A stretch of 64,000 nucleotides of DNA from Candidatus Margulisiibacteriota bacterium (GTDB lineage Bacteria; Margulisbacteria; Riflemargulisbacteria; GWF2-39-127), in the NCBI GenBank assembly GCA_003242895.1, contig QKMY01000020.1, positions 2,965 through 66,964 on the forward strand, given 5' to 3'. A program made the translations under genes and the position numbers. Under the pieces are notes generated by a model. That model saw only the letters and a list, made by a program, of their open reading frames with translations. It was not told the DNA's origin and ran no database searches. Below, piece after piece: positions 38,694-49,010 of the stretch; position 1 is the stretch's first letter, and each line of letters starts with the position of its first letter.

Positions 38694-39611
38694 TTATTTA
38701 TTAATAAGGGGGATATTCTTACAGTAATCATATTCCAGTTGAAGGATAACATGGGTTATTTCAAACTTATCTTTTAATATCATCTCAATCTGATCTTTTA
38801 AAAGACAGCTCTCGCTGATCAGCATATCTTTAGACACATTGATATGCGCTTCAAAATGGATTGTTTCTTCCGTCAACTGCCATATATGGACGTGGTGTAT
38901 ATTTTTTACCCCGTCTATTTCTTCAATAATTTGCTGAATTTTCAGTACATCAATATGCTCAGGAGTATGCTGCATCAAAATACTTATTGCTGTACTTAAA
39001 ATTGAATATCCTTCTTTTATAACATATATTCCGATAGCTATACTGAGGACCGGATCAATCCAATAAATATGATAAAAATAGATGAGAATACCTCCGGCGA
39101 TTACTGCCAGCGACGTTAATGCGTCAGTAAACAAGTGGACGTACGCAGACCTCATGTTAATATTGTCATGAGCATCTTTTCGTAAAAGCAAGACGGAGGA
39201 GGTATTCGCAAGAAAACCGATACTTGCAACAAGAATCATCAGACTACTATTAATACTATCAGGTTGCGGGGAGATTAGCCTCTCCAGGGCATTCCTGAAC
39301 AACGCAAAAGAGGCAAGAATTAAAATCGCTGCATTGAATAACGCTGCCATGATTTCGGCCCGTTTATAACCAAACGTTTTCTCCGCCGTACTCTCCTGTT
39401 CACTTAGCCTAATCGCGATATAACTTGTAACAAGCGCAAAGGCGTCACTAAAATTGTGAAGCGCATCAGAAATAAGGGAAAGGCTTCCCGAAAACACCCC
39501 GCCGACAAGCTGAACTCCGGTGATAATAAAGTTGAGAATAATGGAAAAAATAATTTTGGCCTTTTTCCCATGCCCCCAGGAATGATCATGATGATGTGAA
39601 CTATGACCCAT
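38694..39611 (-). CDS. czcD: Cation diffusion facilitator (CzcD/ZitB-like Zn/Co/Cd exporter)
   Basis: His-rich N-terminus, SLSLISDALHNFSD, TFGYKRAE, SAYVHLFTD, HHVHIWQL. Confidence 0.93.
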   Translation of the reverse strand: MGHSSHHHDHSWGHGKKAKIIFSIILNFIITGVQLVGGVFSGSLSLISDALHNFSDAFALVTSYIAIRLSEQESTAEKTFGYKRAEIMAALFNAAILILASFALFRNALERLISPQPDSINSSLMILVASIGFLANTSSVLLLRKDAHDNINMRSAYVHLFTDALTSLAVIAGGILIYFYHIYWIDPVLSIAIGIYVIKEGYSILSTAISILMQHTPEHIDVLKIQQIIEEIDGVKNIHHVHIWQLTEETIHFEAHINVSKDMLISESCLLKDQIEMILKDKFEITHVILQLEYDYCKNIPLINK

Positions 39612-39878
39612 AAGTATGACTTCCTATTTAATTTTTCCGAAACAACAGTTGTCTCGGACATACTAACAATGGAAGATAATACTCTTTCTGACAAGAGAAG
39701 TATATCGGCAATTTCTTTCATATACGTTGCCAATTTATGCACTTGACCCTCACGATAATCGACCTATAATCCAACGAGCAATGATCGTCCTAATAAGTTA
39801 TCGTATCACCCTACAACTTCGATAATAATAAGCAACCTTGATTCTTTAATAAAAATAAAACAATAAAAGGACCCCGCT

Positions 39879-41030
39879 ATGACAGATAAAAATGATCAGA
39901 TGAAAGAAAAGAATGGAAACCACATCAATCTTATAACCATATCAGGAATTAAGATCAATCTCGACTATTCATGGTTCATCATCTTTTTTCTCGTTTTCTG
40001 GAGCCTCACTTTCGGTTATTTTCCAAGGTATTATCCGGGACAAAGTACCCTGATCTATCTTCTTACCGGAGCACTGGCAACTTTTTTCTTCTTCTTATCA
40101 ATAATCATACATGAGCTTTCTCATTCTCTGATAGCACTTAGGGCAGGAATTAATATATCAGAGATCACCCTGTTCATTTTTGGCGGAATTGCCAATATTA
40201 CGGAAGAACCAAACGATCCGAAAACCGAGTTGAAAATAGCAATTGCCGGGCCTCTAAGCAGCTTTGTCATAGCCGCCATCTTTTGGTCAATCAACGGTTT
40301 CTTCGCAAGCAGTATACACGTCATGTTATTTGCGCTCTTCAATTATCTCGGATGGATTAATATCGCACTTGGGATATTTAACCTTGTCCCAGCTTTTCCG
40401 CTAGACGGCGGAAGGATTTTCAGGGCTCTCTTATGGTGGAAATCACATTCGCTCAATCAAGCTACAAAGATTGCCTCAAATATAGGTCAGGGGTTTGCCT
40501 TAGTTCTTGTTTTCCTTGGAATTCTGGATATCATCCAGGGGGTGTTTATCGGGGGACTGTGGCTCATTTTTATAGGATTATTCCTGCGAATGATTGCACA
40601 AGGAGGATACCAGCAGCTTCTTATTAAACAATCCTTAGAGGGCGTAAAAGTAAAGGATGTAATGATTAGAGACGTCATACAAGTTCCCTCCGGAATAACC
40701 ATTGATGATCTTATCAATAATTATTTCTTTCATTACAGTTACAGAGGATTTCCGGTAGCTGACGATGATGAGCTGTTAGGGGTAATAACACTTTCTGACC
40801 TGAAAAACATTCCTTATGAAGAGCAGAAGAAAAAAACAGTAAAAGATATTATGAAACCACTTATCAAGAGCTGTCTTGTTTCTCCCGACACTACACTCAT
40901 GTATATACTAAAAAAAATGTATGCCGAAAAACGAAACAGTTTCTTTGTCATGCAAGAAGCAAAGCTGGTAGGAATGATCAGCAAAGGCAGCTTGCTACGC
41001 TTCATGGAAATAAAAGGTTTTAATAGGTAG
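39879..41030 (+). CDS. Site-2 protease (M50) with tandem CBS domains
   Basis: HELSH, IAIAGP, FNLVPAFPLDGGR; C-terminal CBS pair. Confidence 0.95.
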   Translation: MTDKNDQMKEKNGNHINLITISGIKINLDYSWFIIFFLVFWSLTFGYFPRYYPGQSTLIYLLTGALATFFFFLSIIIHELSHSLIALRAGINISEITLFIFGGIANITEEPNDPKTELKIAIAGPLSSFVIAAIFWSINGFFASSIHVMLFALFNYLGWINIALGIFNLVPAFPLDGGRIFRALLWWKSHSLNQATKIASNIGQGFALVLVFLGILDIIQGVFIGGLWLIFIGLFLRMIAQGGYQQLLIKQSLEGVKVKDVMIRDVIQVPSGITIDDLINNYFFHYSYRGFPVADDDELLGVITLSDLKNIPYEEQKKKTVKDIMKPLIKSCLVSPDTTLMYILKKMYAEKRNSFFVMQEAKLVGMISKGSLLRFMEIKGFNR

Positions 41031-41032
41031 AA

Positions 41033-42322
41033 TTAAAAAACTATCGTTGTAGTGACGTCCGCAGAAAGTTTGGTGTCCGAATAGGTATACTCCGCGTTTT
41101 TCGGACCCAAAAAACTATTAAGTGCACATCCTATGGTAAAGTTATTTACCATAACATAGCCTACTCCCATTGCCAGGATCGCCGAACCGTCGCTTAAGTT
41201 ACTTATAATGTTGGTATTAAACGTCATATCCGTAATAGGATATTTATTTATCGTAGTAAATAAAGCAGCATAATAAACACCGGAGTAATTCTGTTCATAA
41301 TAATTATTTATGAATGTGGACCTTGTGGCGGAATTTTTGAACATGTTCTTGTTATACCCGCTGTTATTGTAGTAAAACTCTGCAATAACATTTATTCTAT
41401 CTTTAAGCTCCCATTCAAATGACTTCGTTAAGCCTAGACTGGCTTTTGGAATCCATCTGTCTTTTATTATGTGGCTAGAAACGTTGCCGTGGTCATCAAC
41501 GATAAGTTTTGGCCTGTTCTCGCCATATGACAGGCTTACCTCACCCTTTACGTCGACATCACCGGCTTTAGTTGAATAATCAAAGCCATAAACCGGAAGA
41601 GAACCTTTCTTCTTCCATGCAGAAAAAGCCAATTCGCTATTATCGATGAGAAATTCCAGCTTCCCGGCGAGTGCTGTTCTATCAAAATTTCCTGCTTCTG
41701 AAAAATCCCAAAACAGATAGATATTCTTGCTTGCTCCAAATGGGACATGGACCTTTGTGCCATAAACCCCTTCCCGATAATGATTAATATTAAGAAAACT
41801 GCGTTTCTCAATATTAATGAGATCCGTAGGATTCCAGAAATATGTTCGTCCCCACTGCAAAACCTGTTTTCCGGTACGAAAATAGATACCCTGATTCACG
41901 TTCATATCAATAAAAAATTCTTTAACTGAAAACGCCAGAGAGTTCCCGGAAACGGCCAGCTTTTGAGCCGCATTTGCCACTTCAAGATTGATAAAGGCCT
42001 TCACACCTTTTTTTAACCTTACATCCAGAAACAAATTCGCATCAGTATAGTTGGTTAAGGTATTGTTATTCCATCCGGCCCTCTTCTCGATCCAGGAACG
42101 GTCCATGGCATATATCCCTTTTGACAGGATACTTCCGGTAAAGGAAACGCTCTCTTGCTCAAGTATCGCACCAACCGCATCATCCATAATGTTGCCGGTC
42201 TCGATAACCGAACTCGTTTCGTTAAACATCTCGCTCTCATTAACAAGTTCTTCGGCTATCGCAAAAGTTCCGAAACAGAGCAAAAAAATAGCCGGGAAAA
42301 TATGTGATCGCATCGTAGACAT
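41033..42322 (-). CDS. Probable outer-membrane beta-barrel protein of the ABC cassette
   Basis: Signal peptide, RTGKQVLQWG...FWNPTD, aromatic-rich strands, C-terminal Phe. Confidence 0.65.
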   Translation of the reverse strand: MSTMRSHIFPAIFLLCFGTFAIAEELVNESEMFNETSSVIETGNIMDDAVGAILEQESVSFTGSILSKGIYAMDRSWIEKRAGWNNNTLTNYTDANLFLDVRLKKGVKAFINLEVANAAQKLAVSGNSLAFSVKEFFIDMNVNQGIYFRTGKQVLQWGRTYFWNPTDLINIEKRSFLNINHYREGVYGTKVHVPFGASKNIYLFWDFSEAGNFDRTALAGKLEFLIDNSELAFSAWKKKGSLPVYGFDYSTKAGDVDVKGEVSLSYGENRPKLIVDDHGNVSSHIIKDRWIPKASLGLTKSFEWELKDRINVIAEFYYNNSGYNKNMFKNSATRSTFINNYYEQNYSGVYYAALFTTINKYPITDMTFNTNIISNLSDGSAILAMGVGYVMVNNFTIGCALNSFLGPKNAEYTYSDTKLSADVTTTIVF

Positions 42323-42333
42323 AGGCAGTTCCT

Positions 42334-43098
42334 TTATTTACTTATATTTTCAAGATAAGCTTTGGTAAAAACAGAATCTTCTACTTTCTTCGTCGAAATA
42401 CCGGATATTTCTACCATAGTCTTATTCCCTTTTTCGAACTCGTCAATGAACATTGCTTGTATGAAGACATACTTTCCATCAATGAGCGTATATTTTCGAT
42501 AATAGGCGGTCTCCATCAGCGTTCCTGAAAGAGAATACGACTGCTCCTTTAGCGGGAGCAAATTATCTTTACGGACCCAGTAAGTTAAAGAAGGGTACTT
42601 AACATCACTGACTTTTGCTATTAATTTTATTTTATATACCGGAATAGTTCCCAGGACTTCTTCTACGATGGATTCCAGCCCTTTCCCATCAAGCGCAGGC
42701 TTATACAGGTCAACAAGCTTTCTTTTCTCAAAATCGTCCGCACTGGCATCTGAACCCCCGATACTCTCGTCACGATTAATATGCTGGAAGGTCCTGGTAT
42801 TGCGTCTGTACATCCAGAAATTATCTCCTGATTTCAGATAGCCATTTCCTTTCTCTGATTCCGGACCGGTCATAAGGATAAGAAAAGAATCATCTTTATC
42901 CCTGCGATAATAAATCATTTCAGTGGCTTTAATGCCTTGGGTCACCTTTTGCTGTGTCATCTTTACTTTTGCGGTAATATCAGTCTTGATATCCTGAAGC
43001 TCATCTATGCTATTCATAATCTGAGTTATTTTGCTCTCCGCCTGCACTGAACCCGCCAAACAAATCACACATAGCGTTGTTAGAATCCATTTTCTCAT
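42334..43098 (-). CDS. Outer membrane lipoprotein-sorting (LolA-like) periplasmic protein
   Basis: Signal peptide; PESEKGNGYL...FWMY...GGSD...DF, F(T)KAYL C-terminus; AAGGAG RBS before ATG 43098. Confidence 0.8.
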   Translation of the reverse strand: MRKWILTTLCVICLAGSVQAESKITQIMNSIDELQDIKTDITAKVKMTQQKVTQGIKATEMIYYRRDKDDSFLILMTGPESEKGNGYLKSGDNFWMYRRNTRTFQHINRDESIGGSDASADDFEKRKLVDLYKPALDGKGLESIVEEVLGTIPVYKIKLIAKVSDVKYPSLTYWVRKDNLLPLKEQSYSLSGTLMETAYYRKYTLIDGKYVFIQAMFIDEFEKGNKTMVEISGISTKKVEDSVFTKAYLENISK

Positions 43099-43144
43099 TA
43101 TTACTTTCTCCTTAATTGTTTTCGATTTTTGATTTTTTCGTTCA

Positions 43145-44878
43145 TTATTCAAAGTGCCTTAGCGCATGAGCCGCCGAAAGGCTTGCTGCCCTTCTCGCCG
43201 GGAAATATGATGTTAATCCGGCAATTACCAAGATCAAGAGCATGTTAAATAAAATACCGAAAACACTTGGAACAAAATGTAAATGTTTGTTCACCAATAA
43301 TATATTGAGCGCAGTCACGGTATTGAACGTGATAAAATGAGTCAAGCCCATAACAATAAAGGCTGCAACAATACCGACAATCGATGCCATAAAAGTCAGC
43401 AAAAGGGTCTCTACTATAAAAGAGTTACGGACATCAGGTTTTTGCATCCCTATAGCCCGTAACGTCCCTATTTCACGAGTCCGTTCACGGATGGTCATTC
43501 GTAAGGTATTCACCACGCCGATCAAAATTATAAAAAACAAAACCATTACCGCAGTTAACGTGATAAGATTAAGCACTTTTTCCATCTGCAACACACTACT
43601 AGCCGTTTCGTACATAGTACGAACATCCATTACAGCAACTGCAGACTTATCCTCAATTATACTTTTCATCTTTTTCATATATTCATCTGAATTACTTGTC
43701 CTTTTGAGCAAATTCCATTCTTTGCCGAGTGCTGCATACACAAGGTTACTCGTCGGTGGCTGGTAGACTTCGTTACTAGCATCCGGAGGAAGATTTCTAT
43801 AATAGGTCTTATAAAAAAGCTTGTCACTCAACAGCAGGACATTATCGGGAAGTATCGTCGGCAGAACAGTATAAATAGCTTTAACCGTATAATTGTTAGT
43901 AGTATATCCACCCTCATATTTGTTTTTATAGACACTATCGAAGGTATCACCGACAGAAAGCTTGAGCGATGCAGCTAACTTACCGCTAAGAATAACGCCT
44001 TCTTTTCCAAGGGCTTCTTTCACGTCCCCTGAAACAAAAACTATATTCTTAGTTATCACAGCCAAAGAAGCATCATTCCGGTAGAATGCCAGAGTTGTTG
44101 CGGGAACGGAGGTATCTTTATACTTCAATTCTCCATAGATTGCCGCAACTCCGGGGGTCAGCTTCTTATAGAGGCTATTCGCTTGTTCAATAGCTATTTT
44201 CGGATTATTTAGTATTATCTGCAAACTACCGGTTTCATAAGGCTTTAACCCAACCAGTTGCTTAAGGTTTTTTCGGCTCAGGTATATTGCCATATCCATA
44301 AACATGTTCTCTGATTTGACAACTGCAACAATAGTGAGGACATCGGTCTGCTGTTGTCCATAAACGTTCTGGAGCCGCACGCGCAAAACGTCATGCAGTT
44401 TAACATTAAGGCTTTTCGCCTTTTCAGCAGAAATGATTACAGGATTTCGTATGCTTTCATCCATAAAGTCAGTGCTCTTTCCAGATATAGCTTTAAAAAA
44501 ACCATAAAATTCCTTATCCGGATTAACTCCAACAAGCACGACATTGTCGCTCTTTCCATTACCGATCGCTTTGGTAAAAATAGAAAGACTTTCTTCGATA
44601 CGCTTTATGTCCTTAACATTTTCATTGATGATCTTAAGAAAGCGGTCTTTGTCGCGCATAATGGGGAATCTCATTTTCCCTTCCTCCAGTGTTGCGATCT
44701 CCATATGTCCCGCGACGTAAACGATAACTCTATTGAGAAGGGAATCAGAGATACCATGGGAAAAGGAGTTAGCGATAACCAGGATCATCATCCCAAAAGC
44801 TATGGCAATTCCCAGCAAAACATTCCTTCTTTTCTGGCGAAATAAATTCCTCATACTGATATCAAATAATATACTCAT
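43145..44878 (-). CDS. FtsX/LolE/MacB-type ABC permease
   Basis: RNLFRQKRR, NTLRMTIRERTREIGTLRAIGM, PARRAA; enlarged periplasmic region. Confidence 0.92.
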   Translation of the reverse strand: MSILFDISMRNLFRQKRRNVLLGIAIAFGMMILVIANSFSHGISDSLLNRVIVYVAGHMEIATLEEGKMRFPIMRDKDRFLKIINENVKDIKRIEESLSIFTKAIGNGKSDNVVLVGVNPDKEFYGFFKAISGKSTDFMDESIRNPVIISAEKAKSLNVKLHDVLRVRLQNVYGQQQTDVLTIVAVVKSENMFMDMAIYLSRKNLKQLVGLKPYETGSLQIILNNPKIAIEQANSLYKKLTPGVAAIYGELKYKDTSVPATTLAFYRNDASLAVITKNIVFVSGDVKEALGKEGVILSGKLAASLKLSVGDTFDSVYKNKYEGGYTTNNYTVKAIYTVLPTILPDNVLLLSDKLFYKTYYRNLPPDASNEVYQPPTSNLVYAALGKEWNLLKRTSNSDEYMKKMKSIIEDKSAVAVMDVRTMYETASSVLQMEKVLNLITLTAVMVLFFIILIGVVNTLRMTIRERTREIGTLRAIGMQKPDVRNSFIVETLLLTFMASIVGIVAAFIVMGLTHFITFNTVTALNILLVNKHLHFVPSVFGILFNMLLILVIAGLTSYFPARRAASLSAAHALRHFE

Positions 44879-44888
44879 AGGTTTCTCC

Positions 44889-46415
44889 TTAATCTCTCGC
44901 TATTGCTTCAAGTGGGGTTATGCGTCTCGCAACAATCATAGGATAAATCGTCGCGATAAGTGTTACGACAGCTAATTGAACAATTCCCAGAATAATATCG
45001 GACATGCTCAGAAGAGGCTGAAATTTGTCTCCGCCAAAAAACAATTGCAACATTTCATTTGCTGTTGTTATATTCATTAAGGCCAGAATCTTAACGGTAA
45101 CGATACCTGATATAATCCCAATACCGCCAAATACAAACGATAGCATCGCTGTCTCATATAAGAACATTGATGATATAAAGCTTTTTTTCGCGCCGACCGC
45201 CCTCATCATTCCTATTTCCGGAATTCTCTCCAAGGCTGCCATACTCAGTGTGTTCATAATAACTATAATGGCAACAAAAAAGATGAACGTTACAAAAACA
45301 AACAGAGCACCTTTCATCAACATTGCCATATCGGCAATCTGGCCAAGACCTTGTTTCCAGGTAATTGCCTGAACATTCACATGTGCATCATTCAACGCTT
45401 TGTTTAGCTTTTTAACGGCGACATCCAAAGGCACTCCAGGTTTTAGCTTGATATACACCAGATTAAAGGACCCCTTGTCCGTATCAATCGCTATCTGCTG
45501 TTTCTCAGTTTCTTTCTGGATTGACGACGAGTCAAAAATACTATCATCGGTTTTCATTTCTGAGACCAATCCATCCATTGAGAAAGAACCTTCAAGATTC
45601 GATTCATCCATCGCTAATAAGGCTTTTTTTTCGTCATCGACCTGAGCTGAGCTATCGGCAGCAGTAACGTAGCCAAAACACTCTCGAAACGATTCAAGGT
45701 CAATAATATTAAAAAAGCCCCAAAACTTATTAAAGGATTTATATTTGATGACACCTTTTACCGGGGAGAGAATATCAAGGGTGGTATTCTTATCACTGAA
45801 CCCCATAAAAACCAGCTTATCCCGAACCTGTAACCGCTGAATATTCGCTTTGGCCTCCGGGGTCAGGTTTGCAGTTGCAAGCGTGCAATTTTCTGGAATA
45901 ACCCAATAATTGGTGAGATAATCATAGAGCATTTTTCTGTTAACAGTAGTAAGGAGCAATCCTCTCTCTCCAGGCTTAAGCAGGCGCCCTTCGACAGTCT
46001 CAACATTATCGAACATCTTCTGGTATTGAGCGAAATCAACACCTAACAAAAAGTATAAATCCGGCTCACCTGCATCACTAAGCACCATAGCAGCACCCTG
46101 TGCAGCCGGAAGGAACTTATCGACATAGGGTTGTTGGGTAAGCACATCTTTGATGGCAGGATACCCACTGATCACCTCAATCGATTCGCCCATCATTGGG
46201 AACAAAACATCCTTCTTAACCTGTTTATCGGATATTAATACTATGTCTCCGGTAAACCGGTTAACAATATTCTCTTTGAGCCCTTCATTCAAACCGGAAA
46301 TGATACCATTTCCTACGGTCATTATCCATGCGCCCAAAAACAGGATTACTCCAATTACAAGACTTTTACCTTTATGACGATAAATATTTCTCCAGGCAAT
46401 CTTTAAACTCAGCAT
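44889..46415 (-). CDS. FtsX/LolC/MacB-type ABC permease
   Basis: AWRNIYRHK, NTLSMAALERIPEIGMMRAVGA, ITPLEAI. Confidence 0.92.
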   Translation of the reverse strand: MLSLKIAWRNIYRHKGKSLVIGVILFLGAWIMTVGNGIISGLNEGLKENIVNRFTGDIVLISDKQVKKDVLFPMMGESIEVISGYPAIKDVLTQQPYVDKFLPAAQGAAMVLSDAGEPDLYFLLGVDFAQYQKMFDNVETVEGRLLKPGERGLLLTTVNRKMLYDYLTNYWVIPENCTLATANLTPEAKANIQRLQVRDKLVFMGFSDKNTTLDILSPVKGVIKYKSFNKFWGFFNIIDLESFRECFGYVTAADSSAQVDDEKKALLAMDESNLEGSFSMDGLVSEMKTDDSIFDSSSIQKETEKQQIAIDTDKGSFNLVYIKLKPGVPLDVAVKKLNKALNDAHVNVQAITWKQGLGQIADMAMLMKGALFVFVTFIFFVAIIVIMNTLSMAALERIPEIGMMRAVGAKKSFISSMFLYETAMLSFVFGGIGIISGIVTVKILALMNITTANEMLQLFFGGDKFQPLLSMSDIILGIVQLAVVTLIATIYPMIVARRITPLEAIARD

Positions 46416-46447
46416 CTTAATACTCCTCAGATCCTTTATTTATCCAG

Positions 46448-47122
46448 CTATTCTGCCAGTAGACCATCTTTGATCCTGACAATACGCTTCGCGTATTTGA
46501 TAACATCGGGATCATGGGTAGAAAAGATAAACGTCGTCTTTTCTTTTTCGTTCATTTCTTTCATAAGCTCTAAAATATAACCGCCGGTTTCCGAGTCCAG
46601 ATTGGCGGTCGGTTCATCAGCCAGGACAATACCCGGTTTGGTGACCAGCGCCCGAGCAATAGCAACTCGCTGTCGTTGCCCTCCGGAGAGTTCGGACGGC
46701 TTGTGGTTAATATGCTCCGTAAGACCGACAGCATCGATAAGCTGACTGGCTCTTTCACTTATTTCCTTTTTTGAATATTTCTTCATGAGAAGAAGCGGGA
46801 ACTCAACGTTTTCCTTAACATTGAGGACAGGGATCAAATTAAATGTTTGAAATATAAACCCTATTTTATAGAGGCGAAGATCCGTAAGTTCTTTGTCTTT
46901 CATTGTTGTAATCTCTTTACCGGCGATCTTCATGCTCCCTTCGGAAGGGATATCGATACACCCGATCATATTGAGCAGGGTCGTCTTGCCGCTCCCGGAA
47001 GGTCCTATGATCGATAAGAATTCGCCTTCCTGGACGTCGAACGATACTCCGCGAACTGCATGAACAACAGTCTCACCTAAAGGATAATTCTTTTTTATAT
47101 TTTTCATTTCAACAATATTCAT
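46448..47122 (-). CDS. ABC transporter ATP-binding protein (LolD/MacB type)
   Basis: [37 protein letters not shown]. Confidence 0.96.
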   Translation of the reverse strand: MNIVEMKNIKKNYPLGETVVHAVRGVSFDVQEGEFLSIIGPSGSGKTTLLNMIGCIDIPSEGSMKIAGKEITTMKDKELTDLRLYKIGFIFQTFNLIPVLNVKENVEFPLLLMKKYSKKEISERASQLIDAVGLTEHINHKPSELSGGQRQRVAIARALVTKPGIVLADEPTANLDSETGGYILELMKEMNEKEKTTFIFSTHDPDVIKYAKRIVRIKDGLLAE

Positions 47123-47315
47123 TCCGACTCTCCTTCACAATAATAATTGTAATTAAATTGGATACTCGAAGCCTGGCAGCCATCGTATATTCTACTTTAT
47201 TACCTTCTTTTTTTAAAGATATTATTAAAATTTTGAATATATCAATTGCGATTCTAAATGTTTGACCATAGTCCCCCAGAATCACCCCCGGCAATTCAGG
47301 ACCGGGCAGAACATT

Positions 47316-48806
47316 CTATTTTCTATATATTCTCAGCATTTTTCCCGAGGCCAGATATTCTTTCAGCTGTGCGATCCCGATTTCTTCTTCGGTTGCTCTC
47401 TGCACGTCTATATTTTCCAACAGGAATGGACTTATCGAATTAAGATCAGCTATCGATCCTAACGCTGAAGCATACTTTTTCTTTATCTCATTATAAAAAT
47501 TCAACATTCTTATATACTGGAAGTAATAAACCAGATCTTTTCGGGATAAAAAATCTGTTTCTACCGGGAACACCGAGGACCTGAACGAAATCCAGTTATC
47601 CGGATCAACCCGATTGCCCGCAACCAACTCTGAAAACTGCTCAGTTCCGGGCGGAGGATAATAAATAGACGGAGCTATCAGGACATTGAGCCCGCTCAAA
47701 TATTCGATAGTTTCCTGAATATCTTCTTTCGTCTGGTCCGGCAGCCCTATTATTAGATAAGCAGTAACCTCAAAACCAAGAAGCACTGCAGCTTTCACAA
47801 CCAGTTCAAATTGTTCGTTCAAGAATGGGCGCCTCAGCTTTTCCTTAAGGCTATCCTGAGCGGTGACCAGTGAGACGTTTAGGTTACGGAACCCTGCCTG
47901 CCACATTTTCTGAAGCAGCTCTTCACTAAGCGTCTCCGCAGATATCCCATTCATGGCATATAATCGAATGTCATCATTCCGGAAGGTTTCAGTGACTCCC
48001 GCTAAAAGCTCGTCAAACCAGTTCCTATCGAGGCTCAGGTTATCATCCTCAAAATCAAAGACCCGTACATTTTCATGATGACAGAGATAGGACATTTCCT
48101 CAAGTATCGAAGCAACACTTCGCTTAATGAAATTGCTTCCGTGCATCGAAGCAACTGTGCAAAACGTACATTTTCTGGGACAACCTCTGGTAGCTATCAA
48201 AAAGCTGAAGTTTTTCCTGTGCATTTTATAATAGGAAGAATTAATTAACGATCGATCAGGGACAGTCCGGGTAAAACAGTGTGACTCATCTTCGGGCAGG
48301 CCAAGCACCCGAAGGAAATCATTCTCATCCGAACCGCTGATGACCTTATCTATACAGGAATGTTTAAGCAGAATATCCTCTTTATAGACCGTTGCATGAT
48401 ATCCCCCGATTATTATTTTTGTATTCGGGAATACGGCCTTTATTTTTTCCGCAAGTGCCGCAACGATATTAAAATAAGCCGTAAAATTGCAGGTAATGCC
48501 AATATAGTCGGGACTTAGCTCACAAACTTTCTTGATTATCTCGTCATCTGTCAGCCCGAATCGATAGTAGGCACCAAACAGCTTAAGAGGACCAATCTCT
48601 TTTTCGGAATACACCTCTTTTAAATAATTAAATTCTTTCGGTAAAGGAATGGTTTTTTTCTTATATGGCTTCAAGCAATCAAGGATACTTACGTCCACAC
48701 CATTTTTCTTGAGCAACGTACCAAGATAGAGCAATCCCAGAGGATAGGTGCGGATTTCCGTAAGATAGAAGTCTTCGATGGGAGGTTGGATCAAAAGAAC
48801 TTTCAT
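47316..48806 (-). CDS. B12-binding domain radical SAM protein
   Basis: YPLGLLYLG and IIGGYHAT B12 domain; TRGCPRKCTFC; FEDDNL; YLIIGLPDQ. Confidence 0.92.
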   Translation of the reverse strand: MKVLLIQPPIEDFYLTEIRTYPLGLLYLGTLLKKNGVDVSILDCLKPYKKKTIPLPKEFNYLKEVYSEKEIGPLKLFGAYYRFGLTDDEIIKKVCELSPDYIGITCNFTAYFNIVAALAEKIKAVFPNTKIIIGGYHATVYKEDILLKHSCIDKVISGSDENDFLRVLGLPEDESHCFTRTVPDRSLINSSYYKMHRKNFSFLIATRGCPRKCTFCTVASMHGSNFIKRSVASILEEMSYLCHHENVRVFDFEDDNLSLDRNWFDELLAGVTETFRNDDIRLYAMNGISAETLSEELLQKMWQAGFRNLNVSLVTAQDSLKEKLRRPFLNEQFELVVKAAVLLGFEVTAYLIIGLPDQTKEDIQETIEYLSGLNVLIAPSIYYPPPGTEQFSELVAGNRVDPDNWISFRSSVFPVETDFLSRKDLVYYFQYIRMLNFYNEIKKKYASALGSIADLNSISPFLLENIDVQRATEEEIGIAQLKEYLASGKMLRIYRK

Positions 48807-48973
48807 AGTAGTTTAATACTATCCTGCTACTTACTATTTGGAAAGTCTAAAATGATCACCCTAGATCTCATAGAGGAAATATTGATGTAATGGCCTTTCT
48901 GCTTGATATATCTGAAAATAAAAAACGGTGGTAAAAAAATCTACATACTATCAATTAATATCAAAGCAGGAAC

Positions 48974-49003
48974 TTGAGTGAATAACAAAACATTGTATAT
49001 AAT
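48974..49003 (+). promoter_or_regulatory. Sigma70 promoter of the hemA operon (probably leaderless mRNA)
   Basis: TTGAGT, 18 bp spacer, TATAAT, then 7 nt to the ATG with no SD. Confidence 0.55.
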
Positions 49004-49010
49004 ATAACTT

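Noticed and set aside
39404-39742. 112 aa ORF overlapping the czcD start
   Set aside because: Out-of-frame overlap with a clear gene and no recognisable motif; the region is better explained as a leader
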